Of a stretch of 64,000 nt of DNA, positions 47,540 to 58,142 are shown in pieces; position 1 is the stretch's first letter, and each line of letters begins with the position of its first letter. The position numbers and the translations under genes are program-made. The notes beneath the pieces were generated by a model that did not search any database, was not told where the DNA came from, and worked only from the letters and a program-made list of their open reading frames with translations. The stretch is from Candidatus Latescibacterota bacterium. GTDB lineage: Bacteria; Latescibacterota; UBA2968. Location of the stretch: positions 4,544,001 through 4,608,000 of the forward strand of contig OZ242311.1 in the NCBI GenBank assembly GCA_965207885.1, read 5' to 3'.

Positions 47540-49864
47540 TTAAAATCCGTAGCCGATTGTCCAGATGGCTTCGAAAGGTCTGCCGGGGTGTACGCTACGG
47601 CCCGTGCCGCCCCACGCAGAGCTCACGTATTTTTCATTCGTGAGGTTGTGCAACACCATGTCAAAGCGCCAGCCGTTGCGTGAATAATACACGCTGGCAT
47701 TGAGCAATGTGTGCGGATCTATGCTGATGGTATTGTCGGTAGTAACCCATCGTTTGCCGACGTAATTGACACCTGCACCCAGACCCAGACCGCGCCACGC
47801 ACCTTCTGGTAATTCATAGGTAAGCCAGAGGTCGGCTGTGACTTCGGGTATCCTGATAAAGGCATTGTCTTTCAGGTCCGTATTGTCTTCGAGTACTTTT
47901 GTGCGAACAAAACCCAGCCCGGCAATGGCTTGCAAGCCCGGCGCAAGATCGCCGTTGAGTTCGAGTTCAAGGCCCCGGCTTCGCAGTTTGCCACTGGCAA
48001 TGGATGCACCAAAGGGGAATGCGGGGTCATTGGGGTCGGCTGTAGCTACATTGACTTTGGTCACCTGAAAAGCAGATGCTGAAACCTGGAACCGACTGTC
48101 CTCGGGTTGGATGCGCATGCCCATTTCCAACCCTTCGCCCACTTCTGGCTCTAACGGGTCGCCGTTGATGTCTGCGCTAAAGCTCGGGACGAAGGATTCT
48201 GAGTAGTTGCCGTATAGACTCACTTGCTCGCTTGCGTGCCAGACCAGACCCGCCTGTGGTGTCCAGGCTTTGTCTTTTTGGTCTGAAATCCTGCTATTGG
48301 CATAGTCATAACCCTCGTTAGTAACATAGTCATAACGCAGTCCGCCGCTCAGGATCAAGTCGTCTGTGATGGAGAAGTGATCTTGAAAGAAAACACCTGC
48401 CGCGTCAATTCTGTTATCTCCGGTAAAGTTGGGGTTCCAGGGTAGTTGGGATTCTGCAAGCGGCATTTCACTGTAGTCGGGATTTAGAAAGTTGATAATT
48501 GAAGCCTGGGAGGGATCATAGCCTGTTGCATACGCCGCTTTCTGTCGGCGTAAGTCCACGCCTAAGAGGAATCGGTTGGCATTGGAGCCGAGTTTGACAT
48601 CGCCTGCTAAGGTAAATTGGGCGGCCAATTGTCGGTTGTCTTGCTTTTGGCGCGCCGGAAAACGCGTGTAGTTTCCGGTTGATTCATCAAAAAAAGCTGG
48701 CAACCACAGGGAGCTAAATTCGTAGTTCGTGTCGAGGTATCGGAAGCGGTTTCCGACTGCCCAGTTGTCGCTGAGGAAGTGCTCAAAATCGTGACCAACA
48801 ATGAATTGGTTGCGCTCCAGTGTGTCTTGTGGGTGGTTGTTCACGCGTTCGACGGGTGCAACAAGCTCGCCGTTGTTGTTGATGGCTGTGCCAAAATCGG
48901 CAGGGCCTTTGTCACGAGTGACTTCCAAAAATAAGGTGAGTTTGGTGCGTTCGCTCATTCTCCAGCGCAGACTTGGCCCAAAGAAAAGACGACTTTTCTT
49001 TGTGTCGTAATTGCGCCAGTGATCGCCATAACTGTAAAGGCCTGGCAGGCGGTAGGTCACATTATCGGTTTGGCCGACTGGTCCGCTTAAGTCAATGCGC
49101 GTTTCTGCAGAGCCAAAAGACCCGCCTTGCAGTTCGATGCGCCTGAAGGGTTCGACGGTAGGACGCTTGCTGACCATGTTGATGAGGCCACCCGGGTCAC
49201 TCTGACCGTATTGAATGCTGTCGGGCCCCTTTAATACTTCGGTGGATTCCTGACCGAATGTTTCGGGGTCCATAGCACCGCCAAAATTATCCACGTTGAA
49301 GCCGTCGCGCAACAATGGGGCATCAAAGCCGCGAACGAGGAATGAGTGCTCCCGTCCATCTCCAGGGCCACCAAAAGCGACGTTTGGTGCCAGGGTGACT
49401 ATTTCTTCAAGTCCCTGTGGGCGTATTTTTTGTACTTCATCTTCGCTGAAGACCCGGATATTTCGCGGCACATCTTCAAGTGCGACTGGTCCGCGCAAGA
49501 CAGAGGGTTTTTCGTTTACGGCAAGCACCTCAATGCGCTTTAAGGCAAATGCAGATGCCAACAGCGTTGCACGGATTTCGGCAATTTGACCATTTTGCAC
49601 AGTAACGTCCTGCTTAAAAACGCGATACCCGACGTGCGAAATAACCAGTTCGTAGGTGCCCACCGGCACGTTTGTCAGCGTAAACGCACCTTTGTTATCG
49701 GTATATGCGCCCAGCTTTGTTTCACTAAGCCCTACGTTTACAAATTCGAGCGGTGCGCCCAAAGAATCTTCAACAACGCCTTTAATTGTGCCCACCTGTG
49801 CATCGGCGCGCGACGTGACCACAAAACAGGCAATCAGCAACAAAATCGTTCTTAAATGCTTCAT
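47540..49864 (-). CDS. TonB-dependent siderophore receptor
   Basis: Carboxypeptidase-regulatory-like N-domain, EVLKGPDSIQYGQSDPGGLIN and C-terminal GYGF. Confidence 0.92.
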   Translation of the reverse strand: MKHLRTILLLIACFVVTSRADAQVGTIKGVVEDSLGAPLEFVNVGLSETKLGAYTDNKGAFTLTNVPVGTYELVISHVGYRVFKQDVTVQNGQIAEIRATLLASAFALKRIEVLAVNEKPSVLRGPVALEDVPRNIRVFSEDEVQKIRPQGLEEIVTLAPNVAFGGPGDGREHSFLVRGFDAPLLRDGFNVDNFGGAMDPETFGQESTEVLKGPDSIQYGQSDPGGLINMVSKRPTVEPFRRIELQGGSFGSAETRIDLSGPVGQTDNVTYRLPGLYSYGDHWRNYDTKKSRLFFGPSLRWRMSERTKLTLFLEVTRDKGPADFGTAINNNGELVAPVERVNNHPQDTLERNQFIVGHDFEHFLSDNWAVGNRFRYLDTNYEFSSLWLPAFFDESTGNYTRFPARQKQDNRQLAAQFTLAGDVKLGSNANRFLLGVDLRRQKAAYATGYDPSQASIINFLNPDYSEMPLAESQLPWNPNFTGDNRIDAAGVFFQDHFSITDDLILSGGLRYDYVTNEGYDYANSRISDQKDKAWTPQAGLVWHASEQVSLYGNYSESFVPSFSADINGDPLEPEVGEGLEMGMRIQPEDSRFQVSASAFQVTKVNVATADPNDPAFPFGASIASGKLRSRGLELELNGDLAPGLQAIAGLGFVRTKVLEDNTDLKDNAFIRIPEVTADLWLTYELPEGAWRGLGLGAGVNYVGKRWVTTDNTISIDPHTLLNASVYYSRNGWRFDMVLHNLTNEKYVSSAWGGTGRSVHPGRPFEAIWTIGYGF

Positions 49865-50224
49865 ACTTTCTCCTTACAATTTAGAGATAGGGTAAATAAC
49901 CTTTAAACAACTGTGGGATGTTCAAAGACAACCCATCAGTCATATAAGTGCCTGTACTGCTCAAATCTTCCCTTACCCTCCTTTATTTATCTGTTGTGGT
50001 TGGCTGTGATTTTTTTATTTTTTCTTTATGCGTTGTGTTGCCACGCATAATACTATAGGGGCTTAAGTTCCCTATGGTTGCTACATCCGGGTGATCGGTT
50101 GCGGACCGCCAAGTCAAAACCGATTACCCATTTTTTATACCTTAATATTGCAAGCGCAACTGCACACCACTTTGACCGCGAGCGGAGTTAATCCATCATG
50201 TCTCTTGATGGTCTCGAGAAAAAG

Positions 50225-50350
50225 AAAGTCCTGAAGTTTGGTTTGGTAGCAGTCTTTTTTGTTTTGTGGTCTATAAAATTGTTTTATTAGCAAAACACTC
50301 GCCCAACAAATAAAACAAATGTTGGGTATATGTCAACAAGTTTTTTATTT
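50225..50350 (-). promoter_or_regulatory. Repeated promoter/operator module, copy C
   Basis: TTGACA at 50336-50331 and palindrome TGTTTTATTAGCAAAACA at 50280-50297; shares the AAGTTTGGTTTGGTAGCAGTC block with copy B. Confidence 0.75.
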
Positions 50351-50474
50351 TTTTCTCAAATTATGATAAGTCAGATTAATTTAGCTTTGGCGATTAACTG
50401 AAAAGGGTTGAATTTTTGGGACAAGTACCTATTATAGCGCAGTGTTTTTTCGATCTCAATGCGAGGAGAGTTAA

Positions 50475-51452
50475 ATGCCTGATAGATTAAAGGTCGCTGT
50501 TATTGGCGCGAGTGGCATTGGGCAGCACCACGCGCGATGGCACCATTTGTCGGGGTCTCAGGTGGTGGCATTTGTGGGGACTTCGGAGGAGTCGTGTGCA
50601 GAGACCCGGGAACAATTGCAGGCGTATTTTGGATTTGATGGGCGCGCTTATACAGATGTGACGCAGATGCTGACGACTGAACAGCCCGATGTGGTCGATG
50701 TTTCAAGTCCTTTTTATTTGCATAAAGAGCATGCAATTATGGCTCTGGAGAGTGGGTGCCATGTGGTGTGCGAAAAGCCCCTGTGCTGGGATGTGGGTAG
50801 GGATTTAGATGATATTTTGGCAGATGGACAGGCTGTGGTGCATTCGGCGGGGCAGGCGGGTAAGTCGCTGGTGATGTCTGCTCAATATCCCGCGGGGATT
50901 CCAGTTTATCGCGATTTTTACACGCGTGTGCGAGGGACATGGGATGCGATTGAATCGCTTGAGATGGAGATGGAGGTGAAGGGGCGCGGGGGACCAAAGG
51001 CGCGGGAAGATATCTGGATTGATGTGGCTTCCCATCCGCTGAGTTTGGTTCTGGGATTTTTGCCAGGGGGAGAAATCGATTGGGCAACGGCTTCGTGTGC
51101 AATAGGCGAGCGGGAGAATCGCGCGGGTTTTGAGGTGGTTACGCCCAATGGACGGTGCGATGTGCGGTTTGTTTTGCGCGATATCGACGAGGGGGTGCCC
51201 GTGCGGCAATTTGGCGTGAATGGCTTTTTGGTGAATTGGGAGGGGTTTGCCGATGAGGAGGGTATTTATCGCGCGCGATTGGTCCATGGAGATGAGGCTG
51301 TGATTTGTCGCGATTTTATGCATATTTTAATCGATGAATTTGGCAAGCATGTACGAGGGGAAGGTGGGCGGGTTGTTGTTTCTGGCGCGGATGCTTTGGT
51401 GAATTTGCAGTATCAAATTGCCCTGTTAAAGCAGGCGGATTGGTCTGTATGA
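50475..51452 (+). CDS. Gfo/Idh/MocA oxidoreductase
   Basis: VIGASGIG and HVVCEKP motifs. Confidence 0.85.
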   Translation: MPDRLKVAVIGASGIGQHHARWHHLSGSQVVAFVGTSEESCAETREQLQAYFGFDGRAYTDVTQMLTTEQPDVVDVSSPFYLHKEHAIMALESGCHVVCEKPLCWDVGRDLDDILADGQAVVHSAGQAGKSLVMSAQYPAGIPVYRDFYTRVRGTWDAIESLEMEMEVKGRGGPKAREDIWIDVASHPLSLVLGFLPGGEIDWATASCAIGERENRAGFEVVTPNGRCDVRFVLRDIDEGVPVRQFGVNGFLVNWEGFADEEGIYRARLVHGDEAVICRDFMHILIDEFGKHVRGEGGRVVVSGADALVNLQYQIALLKQADWSV

Positions 51453-52198
51453 GTGCGCGATCAGACATTGGGGTGGTGATTACCACGCACAACTATGGGC
51501 ATTATCTCGCCGCGTGTTTGGAATCGGTTTTGTCACAGACGCTTTTGCCCCGTCAGGTGTTGGTGGTTGACGATGCGAGTGAAGACAATGCGGCAGATGT
51601 TATGGCATCATTTTCCGATGTAGCGTATTGCCGCGTGGATTTTCGCAATGGCAACCGCGCTCGAAATTTTGGTTTTTTGAAGATTTCGACTCCTTATGTC
51701 GCGTTTTTCGATGCGGATAATGTGATGATGCCGCGCTTTTTAGAGGTGCTCTACAGCGCATTGGAAGAGGTTTCCCACGCGGCTTATGCTTATGGCGATC
51801 GCATTGTGTTTGCCGATGGCGATTTACAGCAGGGTGATTGCGAGGTGTCTGGCCCGTTTGATGTGCGGCGATTGCGCGCCGGAAATTATATCGATCTCGC
51901 CGCGTTGATTCGAGCTGATAGTTTTCCCGGGTTCGATCCCGCTGTGCGCCGATATCAGGATTGGGATTTGTGGCTGAATATCGCGCTCAGACAGGGGGGG
52001 ATCGGGCAGTATGTGCCCGAGACATTATATTATTACCGGGTGCATCCACACAGTGTAAGTCAGCGGGAAGACCGGGATCGGGCGATGTGGCGTATCCGCA
52101 GAAAATACCATCTCGGATGGGGCGCGCTACCCCTGCTGCGCCATTCTTTCAAGCTCTATCAATTCGCGCGGAAGACGAAGTCGTTTTGGACGAGGTGA
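51449..52198 (+). CDS. Glycosyltransferase family 2
   Basis: VVITTHN, VVDDAS, FFDAD and QDWDLW motifs. Confidence 0.88.
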   Translation: MSARSDIGVVITTHNYGHYLAACLESVLSQTLLPRQVLVVDDASEDNAADVMASFSDVAYCRVDFRNGNRARNFGFLKISTPYVAFFDADNVMMPRFLEVLYSALEEVSHAAYAYGDRIVFADGDLQQGDCEVSGPFDVRRLRAGNYIDLAALIRADSFPGFDPAVRRYQDWDLWLNIALRQGGIGQYVPETLYYYRVHPHSVSQREDRDRAMWRIRRKYHLGWGALPLLRHSFKLYQFARKTKSFWTR

Positions 52199-52313
52199 GC
52201 GGTTGGGGCGACCTTTGTCCGCTGCCATCTTGACATGATGCGGTGTAGGCGTTACTTTTTCCGTGTGTGTAAGATACACCTCTTGTAAAGGCTACAGAAA
52301 GGTGGGGATTGTT

Positions 52314-55106
52314 ATGTCATTCGATATTGCTGCAATTGCCAATGCCGATTATATCGACGCGATGTATGAGAAATACAAACAAGACCCAGATCTGGTGGAT
52401 GAAAGATGGCATATATTTTTTGCGGGTTTTGATTTGGGGATGCAGCGCGATGGTGCCGACTTGACTCCAGATACGTCAGATGAGAACCAGGCGGAGGAAA
52501 ATGTCATGGCGTTTCTCGATGCTTATGACACATTGGAGGAATATACCCGTATGGATGCGAATAGGCAGCAGGGGGCTATGGCCCTGGTCAATGCCTATCG
52601 CACATGGGGGCACCTGGTCGCCGATATTGCGCCGATGAGTTATACGCGCCCGCCGTATCCGCTATTGGAGTTGTCGGAATACGGCTTTACAGAAGAGGAT
52701 CTGGATCAAATCGTCGGCAATGGCGGATTTCTCGGTCCTACGGACGGGACGTTGCGCGACCTCGTTGCAAAGCTCAGGCAAACATACTGCGGTTCTGTGG
52801 CGGTAGAATACACCGATATTCCGTATAAGAGCCAGCACGAGTGGCTGGAGCAGCACATGGAACCGATCTTAAATTCGCCGAAATTCAGTGCGGAACAATG
52901 CCGGGATCTGTTGAGGCTATTGATCGAAGCACAGGAGTTTGAACAATTTTTGCATGTTAAATATATCGGGAAAAAGCGATTTTCTATTGAAGGCGGCGAA
53001 GCGCTGATCCCGATGTTGCACGCGCTTATTGAAACCGGGGCTGCGTTAAATGTCGAAGAAATGGTGATGGGGATGGCGCATCGCGGCAGGCTCAATGTGC
53101 TCACGCATATTATGCAAAAGCCCTATCCGGAGATATTCAGCGAGTTTGAGGGTGTTGAGTTGGGAGAGGGGTCGGGCGATGTAAAATACCACATGGGGTT
53201 CGCCCATGAGTATGTCACGCGCGATGGGCACACGGTGCATTTGGGATTGACGCCGAATCCGAGTCACCTCGAATTGGTCAATCCCGTGATTGAGGGCATT
53301 GTTTGTACGAAGCAAGAGACAAAAGGCGATGTTCAGCACGAGCATATCGTACCGCTGATCATTCACGGCGATGCCGCTTTTGCCGGGCAAGGCATTGTGC
53401 CTGAGACGATTTGTTTGTCCCATCTGGATGGCTATGATAATGGGGGTACGATTCACATTGTTGTGAATAATCAGATTGGTTTTACAGCATTGCCCCGGGA
53501 GTCTCGTTTTACAGCATATCCAACAGATGTGGCGAAGATTGTTAAGATGCCCATTTTCCACGTCAATGCCGATGATCCCGAAGCTGTGGTACACGCAGCG
53601 CGTATGGCTATGGCTTATCGCCAGGCGGTGAAAAACGATGTGATTATCGATCTGTGGTGTTATCGCCGATACGGTCACAATGAATCCGACGATCCCGCTT
53701 TCACTCAGCCTCTGCAATCTGCTGAGATCGCCGGGCATCCAACGGTTGTCGATTTGTATTCGAGGCGTTTGATTGAGCAAAATATCGCAACAGAAGATGA
53801 TGTCGATGCAATGAAGCAGGCTGTGCGCGAGAAGCTCGAGGCGGCATTTGTCGATGCGAAAAATCAAAAGACAAAACCGCGTGAGCCAACATTTGGGGGT
53901 GCGTGGAAGGGATTTGGGAAGGCGGGCGCAGATCGCACGGTAAAAACCGCGGTGCATAGAGAGAAGTTGATTGATATTGCCCAAAAGGCGACGATTGTGC
54001 CCGAGGGATTTAACGCTTATCGCAAATTGATGCGCCAACTCGATTACCGCATGCAAATGGTCCACGGTAAGGTGGGTATAGACTGGGGCTGCGCGGAGAT
54101 GCTCGCATTTGGCAGTTTGTTAGTTGATGGGTTCCCGGTGCGATTGGCCGGGCAAGATTCTCAGCGGGGTACATTTAGTCATCGGCAAGCGGTGTGGCAC
54201 GACGTCAAAAATGGCTCGATTTATTCACCGCTGAACCATCTATCGGATGGTCAGGGTGGTTTCAGGGTCTATAATACGATGCTTTCGGAATTGGCAGTGC
54301 TGGGCTTTGAGTTTGGCGTGAGTTATGCCAATCCCAATAAATTGACGATCTGGGAAGCCCAGTTTGGCGATTTTGCCAATGGCGCGCAGATGATTATCGA
54401 TCAGTTTATTTCCAGTTCTGAGGCCAAATGGCAAAAGATGAGCGGGCTGGTGATGCTCTTGCCGCACGGATTTGAAGGCCAGGGACCAGAGCATTCGAGT
54501 GCGCGGTTAGAGCGGTTTCAGGCGTTGTGTGCCGAAGACAATATGCAGGTGGGTTGCCCCACGCTACCCGCACAGTATTTTCATTTGCTGCGCCGCCAGA
54601 TGCTGCGTGCATTTCGCAAGCCCCTCGTTTTGATGATGCCAAAGAGTTTGTTGCGGCACAAAGAATCGACCTCAACGCTCGAGGATTTGTCCAGGGGCGC
54701 GTTTTATCCCGTTTTAGACGATCCCGCACAGCCCGATCCCAGCGCGGTGAAGCGCGTTGTTTTCTGTACGGGTAAGGTCTTTTTTGACTTAAAAGAGGGG
54801 CGGGACAAAAAGGGCGAGGAAAGGCTCGCACTGGTGCGGATTGAGGAACACTATCCTTTTCCGTGGGATGAGGTGGGTGCTATACTTGAAAAATACGGCG
54901 ATGCGGATATTTTTTGGGGACAAGAAGAGCCGCAAAATATGGGTAGTTGGGATTTTATGGAGCCAAAACTCCGCCGATTGCTCGATAACAAAAAGCCAGT
55001 GCGCTATCTGGGACGAAAGCCCACGGCTGCAACGGCCACGGGTATTCAGTCGGTGCATTTGGCCGAACAGCAAGAGATCGTGGAGATGGCTCTGGATTTT
55101 TCTTAG
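52314..55106 (+). CDS. sucA: 2-oxoglutarate dehydrogenase E1
   Basis: KRFSIEGGE, GMAHRGRLNVL, HGDAAFAGQG and WEAQFGDF. Confidence 0.97.
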   Translation: MSFDIAAIANADYIDAMYEKYKQDPDLVDERWHIFFAGFDLGMQRDGADLTPDTSDENQAEENVMAFLDAYDTLEEYTRMDANRQQGAMALVNAYRTWGHLVADIAPMSYTRPPYPLLELSEYGFTEEDLDQIVGNGGFLGPTDGTLRDLVAKLRQTYCGSVAVEYTDIPYKSQHEWLEQHMEPILNSPKFSAEQCRDLLRLLIEAQEFEQFLHVKYIGKKRFSIEGGEALIPMLHALIETGAALNVEEMVMGMAHRGRLNVLTHIMQKPYPEIFSEFEGVELGEGSGDVKYHMGFAHEYVTRDGHTVHLGLTPNPSHLELVNPVIEGIVCTKQETKGDVQHEHIVPLIIHGDAAFAGQGIVPETICLSHLDGYDNGGTIHIVVNNQIGFTALPRESRFTAYPTDVAKIVKMPIFHVNADDPEAVVHAARMAMAYRQAVKNDVIIDLWCYRRYGHNESDDPAFTQPLQSAEIAGHPTVVDLYSRRLIEQNIATEDDVDAMKQAVREKLEAAFVDAKNQKTKPREPTFGGAWKGFGKAGADRTVKTAVHREKLIDIAQKATIVPEGFNAYRKLMRQLDYRMQMVHGKVGIDWGCAEMLAFGSLLVDGFPVRLAGQDSQRGTFSHRQAVWHDVKNGSIYSPLNHLSDGQGGFRVYNTMLSELAVLGFEFGVSYANPNKLTIWEAQFGDFANGAQMIIDQFISSSEAKWQKMSGLVMLLPHGFEGQGPEHSSARLERFQALCAEDNMQVGCPTLPAQYFHLLRRQMLRAFRKPLVLMMPKSLLRHKESTSTLEDLSRGAFYPVLDDPAQPDPSAVKRVVFCTGKVFFDLKEGRDKKGEERLALVRIEEHYPFPWDEVGAILEKYGDADIFWGQEEPQNMGSWDFMEPKLRRLLDNKKPVRYLGRKPTAATATGIQSVHLAEQQEIVEMALDFS

Positions 55107-55118
55107 GGAGGCGCGTAC

Positions 55119-56318
55119 ATGCCTGTTGATGTAGTTTTGCCCGAATTGGGAGAGTCAGTGACCGATGCCATTCTGGTCGAGTGGTTGAAATCGGATGGCG
55201 AGGCCGTGGCGGTAGATGAACCTCTTGCGGTTATTGAAACGGATAAAGCCGATGTCGAATTGCCCGCGCCTTCGGCGGGCGTGTTGCATACACTGAAGGC
55301 CGATGGCGATACGATTGAGGTCGGCGAGACCATTGCTACAATAGATGAGGATGGGAAAGCCGTCTCAAAGGCCGACGTATCGGAGAAGGTCGATTCGTCT
55401 GAAGAGCCTGTAGAGGCCGATGGTTTGAGTCCGGCAGTGCGCCGATTGGTGACAGAGCACGATCTCGATCCCGCGGCGATTACAGGGACGGGAAAAGACG
55501 GGCGATTGACCAAAGGAGATGTGCTGGCGTATCTCGATTCAGAAGTGTCGGAAGTACCCGATCCGCCCGTTTCTGAACCCGAAGCTCCTGCACCACCTCC
55601 TGCTGCCGCTGTTTCGAGCGGTGGTGAGCGGCGCGAACCCATGAGTCAAATTCGCACGCGCATTGCCGAGCGTCTGGTTTCTGCACAGCAGACAGCGGCG
55701 ATGTTGACGACGTTTAATGAAGTAGATATGAGCGGTATTTTTGATTTGCGCGCCAAATACAAAGAGATGTTTGCAGATGTACACGGCATATCCCTGGGTT
55801 TGATGTCCTTTTTTGTTCGTGCCTGTGTTATTGCTTTGCAGGAATATCCCGATGTAAATGCCAGTATCGATGGTTCTGATATTGTCTATCGCGATTATGT
55901 CAATATGGGTATTGCTGTGGGTACTGATCGCGGTCTTGTCGTGCCTGTTTTGAAGTCGGCAGAGCGCATGTCTTTTGCTACTATTGAGTCGGAAATTAAG
56001 CGCGTGGCGCTCTCTGCGCGAGAAGGCAAGCTGGGGTTGGATGAGTTGAGTGGGGGAACGTTTACGATTACCAATGGCGGGGTGTTTGGGTCGCTGTTGT
56101 CAACGCCTATTCTCAATCCGCCCCAGACGGGTATTTTGGGTATGCACGCGATTCAGAATCGTCCCGTTGCCGTGGGGGATGAGGTGGTTGTTCGCCCGAT
56201 GATGTATCTGGCATTGACTTATGATCACCGCCTGATTGACGGCCAGACTTCGGTCACATTCCTGGTTCGCGTAAAAGACCTGCTCGAAGATCCAGCGCGT
56301 ATGATGCTGGAAGTGTGA
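55119..56318 (+). CDS. sucB: Dihydrolipoamide succinyltransferase E2
   Basis: Lipoyl [16 protein letters not shown] and [10 protein letters not shown]. Confidence 0.96.
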   Translation: MPVDVVLPELGESVTDAILVEWLKSDGEAVAVDEPLAVIETDKADVELPAPSAGVLHTLKADGDTIEVGETIATIDEDGKAVSKADVSEKVDSSEEPVEADGLSPAVRRLVTEHDLDPAAITGTGKDGRLTKGDVLAYLDSEVSEVPDPPVSEPEAPAPPPAAAVSSGGERREPMSQIRTRIAERLVSAQQTAAMLTTFNEVDMSGIFDLRAKYKEMFADVHGISLGLMSFFVRACVIALQEYPDVNASIDGSDIVYRDYVNMGIAVGTDRGLVVPVLKSAERMSFATIESEIKRVALSAREGKLGLDELSGGTFTITNGGVFGSLLSTPILNPPQTGILGMHAIQNRPVAVGDEVVVRPMMYLALTYDHRLIDGQTSVTFLVRVKDLLEDPARMMLEV

Positions 56319-56320
56319 TC

Positions 56321-56405
56321 CGCAGATGGACGCAGATGGACGCAGATGGACGCAGATGGACGCAGATGACGGATAAACCGTAGGGGCGATCCCTCGTGGG
56401 CGCCC
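56321..56405. repeat. 10-bp tandem repeat (CGCAGATGGA) x~4.8 plus a GTAG-type REP
   Basis: Repeat at 56321-56368 and GTAGGGGCGATCCCTCGTGGGCGCCC at 56380-56405. Confidence 0.9.
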
Positions 56406-56435
56406 GAATTTTTTACCGATTTTGAGGAGCCTCTC

Positions 56436-57821
56436 GTGGCAGATAATACATTCGATCTCATTGTTATTGGTGCTGGACCGGGAGGGTATGTCGCGGCGAT
56501 TCGCGCGGCGCAATTGGGCATGCGCGTGGCATGTGTTGAGAAACAGGCATTGGGAGGTACATGTCTGAATGTGGGCTGTATTCCGAGTAAAGCCCTTTTG
56601 GAGTCGAGTGAGTTGTTTCACCAGGCGGAGTCTTCGTTGGGTATTCACGGTGTAAAGACCGGTGGTGTGGAACTGGATTTGAAGGGTATGATGAAGCGCA
56701 AGTCCAGTATTGTGCGAAGGATGACGGGCGGTATTCGCGGCCTGTTTCGGAAGAATAATGTGACGCATATTTCGGGGCTGGGGCGGTTGGCTGGCGATGG
56801 AAAGGTCGATGTTGACGGGGATGTTTATTCGGCAGAGCGCATTTTGATCGCTACGGGCAGTTCTGCGATTGAGTTGCCCAATTTGCCTTATGATGGCGAG
56901 TATGTGATCAGTTCTACCGAGGCGTTGGCACTGGATGAGGTGCCCGGCAAGATGATTGTTATTGGCGCAGGTGCAATCGGTCTCGAGTTGGGGTCGGTGT
57001 GGCGTCGTCTGGGTGCGGAGGTGCATGTGGTGGAACTTTTAGATGAGATTACGCCGATGATGGACCGCGAATTGTCCCTCGGTTTGCAGAAGGTGCTGGA
57101 GAAGCAGGGGCTGAGGTTTTCGTTTGAGACGCGCGCGGAGTCGGCTGAGGTCCGCGATGGGAAGGTGATTGTGACTCTCGCACAGGGCGATGAGACGACT
57201 TCTGAGACGTGTGACCGATTGCTGGTCGCTGTTGGGCGAAGGCCAAATACCGATGGGCTGGGTGGCGAAGATGTGGGCTTGGAGATGGATGACCAGGGAC
57301 GCATTCTGGTCGATGACGTATTTGAGACAAATTTGCCCGGTGTCTATGCAATTGGCGATGTGATTCCCGGTCCGATGCTGGCGCACAAGGCAGAGGAAGA
57401 GGGTGTGGCTGCGGTGGAATGTATGGCGGGAAAGGCGGGGCATGTGAATTATGGCGCGATTCCCAATGTGGTGTACACACATCCAGAACTGGCATCGGTG
57501 GGGCTGACAGAGGAGCAGGTTGTGGCCGATGGCATTCCCTATAAGGTGGGCAAGTTTCCAATAGCTGCCAATGGTCGCGCGCATACGCTACAGGCGGTGG
57601 ATGGACAGGTGAAGATTATTGCACATGAAAAGACGGATCGCGTGTTGGGTATTCACATTTTGGCCGCACGCGCGTCCGATATGCTCGCCGAAGGGGTTCT
57701 GGCAATGGAATTTTCCGCGAGTGCAGAGGATATTGCGCGGACAATGCACGCGCACCCCACGCTTCCGGAGGCTCTTAAAGAGGCCGCGTTGAATGTAGAG
57801 AATGAGGCGATTCATATTTAA
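56436..57821 (+). CDS. lpdA: Dihydrolipoamide dehydrogenase E3
   Basis: GAGPGGY, GGTCLNVGCIPSK and HAHPTLPE. Confidence 0.97.
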   Translation: MADNTFDLIVIGAGPGGYVAAIRAAQLGMRVACVEKQALGGTCLNVGCIPSKALLESSELFHQAESSLGIHGVKTGGVELDLKGMMKRKSSIVRRMTGGIRGLFRKNNVTHISGLGRLAGDGKVDVDGDVYSAERILIATGSSAIELPNLPYDGEYVISSTEALALDEVPGKMIVIGAGAIGLELGSVWRRLGAEVHVVELLDEITPMMDRELSLGLQKVLEKQGLRFSFETRAESAEVRDGKVIVTLAQGDETTSETCDRLLVAVGRRPNTDGLGGEDVGLEMDDQGRILVDDVFETNLPGVYAIGDVIPGPMLAHKAEEEGVAAVECMAGKAGHVNYGAIPNVVYTHPELASVGLTEEQVVADGIPYKVGKFPIAANGRAHTLQAVDGQVKIIAHEKTDRVLGIHILAARASDMLAEGVLAMEFSASAEDIARTMHAHPTLPEALKEAALNVENEAIHI

Positions 57822-57837
57822 GAAAATTTGAGAAAAC

Positions 57838-57866
57838 TTGACATTGCCTGTTTATATATGTAGCTT
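57838..57866 (+). promoter_or_regulatory. Putative sigma70 promoter of the ABC-F gene
   Basis: TTGACA-17 nt-TAGCTT. Confidence 0.6.
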
Positions 57867-58087
57867 TAACAAAATATCACCTTTAAAGGCTTAATTTAAT
57901 GACATCCTCTGACACGCATACATCTATCGCTCACCAGACTATGATCGTTTTGTTGGTGAGAAAGGCCGCGTCCTGAAGACGGGTTTTAGGGGATAGGTGT
58001 GTCCATGCGTGAAAGAAGAGACCTTGCCTGATTCGTTCATAAAACAAATAAAATGAACAATTTAGGCTTGATTGTAGTTTATTTTTT

Positions 58088-58129
58088 AAGGCTGTGGCAC
58101 ACATTGTGACCACAGCCTTTTCTTTTTTT
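58088..58129 (+). terminator. Leader (attenuator) terminator upstream of ABC-F
   Basis: AAGGCTGTGG...CCACAGCCTT plus TTCTTTTTTT, 13 nt before the start codon. Confidence 0.75.
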
Positions 58130-58142
58130 GAAAGTGTGACCA

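Noticed and set aside
43820-50350. Three repeated blocks as CRISPR repeats or IS ends
   Set aside because: They are kilobases apart, have no spacer pattern or transposase, and each sits upstream of a gene.
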